Source of the DNA: Squalus acanthias
Taxonomy: Eukaryota
Reading direction: 5' to 3'
Length of the DNA: 64,000 nt
Assembly (NCBI GenBank): GCA_030390025.1
Contig: CM059435.1
Span: 67,580,001 to 67,644,000, forward strand
Both the position numbers and the translations under genes were made by a program. The notes beneath the pieces were generated by a model that was given only the letters and a program-made list of their open reading frames with translations, ran no database searches and was not told the DNA's origin. This document shows positions 63,906 through 64,000 of this stretch, piece by piece (the stretch's first letter is position 1; each line of letters starts with the position of its first letter).

Positions 63906-64000
63906 TAAGAACATAAGAAATAGGAGCAGGAGTAGGCCAATTGGCCCCTCGAGCCTGCTCCGCCATTCAATAAGATCATGGCTGATCTGATCCTAACCGC
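63906..64000 (-). mobile_element. CR1 3' end interrupting the DeuSINE (continues beyond window)
   Basis: ataagaacataagaaataggagcaggagtaggcc, as at 6767. Confidence 0.85.

Noticed and set aside
48341-64000. Next CNTN1 exon (start of Ig2)
   Set aside because: I found no segment with the expected peptide and splice sites; it probably lies beyond the window.

Overview
Eukaryotic, repeat-rich DNA, most likely from a shark or other elasmobranch (inferred from HE1/V-SINE, DeuSINE/SacSINE1-like, CR1, L2, RTE and Penelope repeats). The window lies inside the 5' part of a contactin-1 (CNTN1)-like gene on the + strand. Three exons are clear: the ATG/signal-peptide exon (21411-21548) and two exons encoding the first Ig domain (47674-47800, 48168-48340). 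A candidate microexon with a frame problem sits near 46.9 kb. The rest is intron, filled with truncated retroelements, PIF/Harbinger-like MITEs and several large minisatellites; almost all long ORFs in the supplied track are artefacts of these repeats. Most notable: two Harbinger-like MITEs inserted at the same position of the unit of one minisatellite; the frame-anomalous microexon; a uORF abutting the CNTN1 start codon; and a Penelope minimal hammerhead motif with a LINE inserted at its edge. No prokaryotic system or CRISPR array is present. Repeat boundaries are approximate, and family names come from recalled motifs, not database searches.
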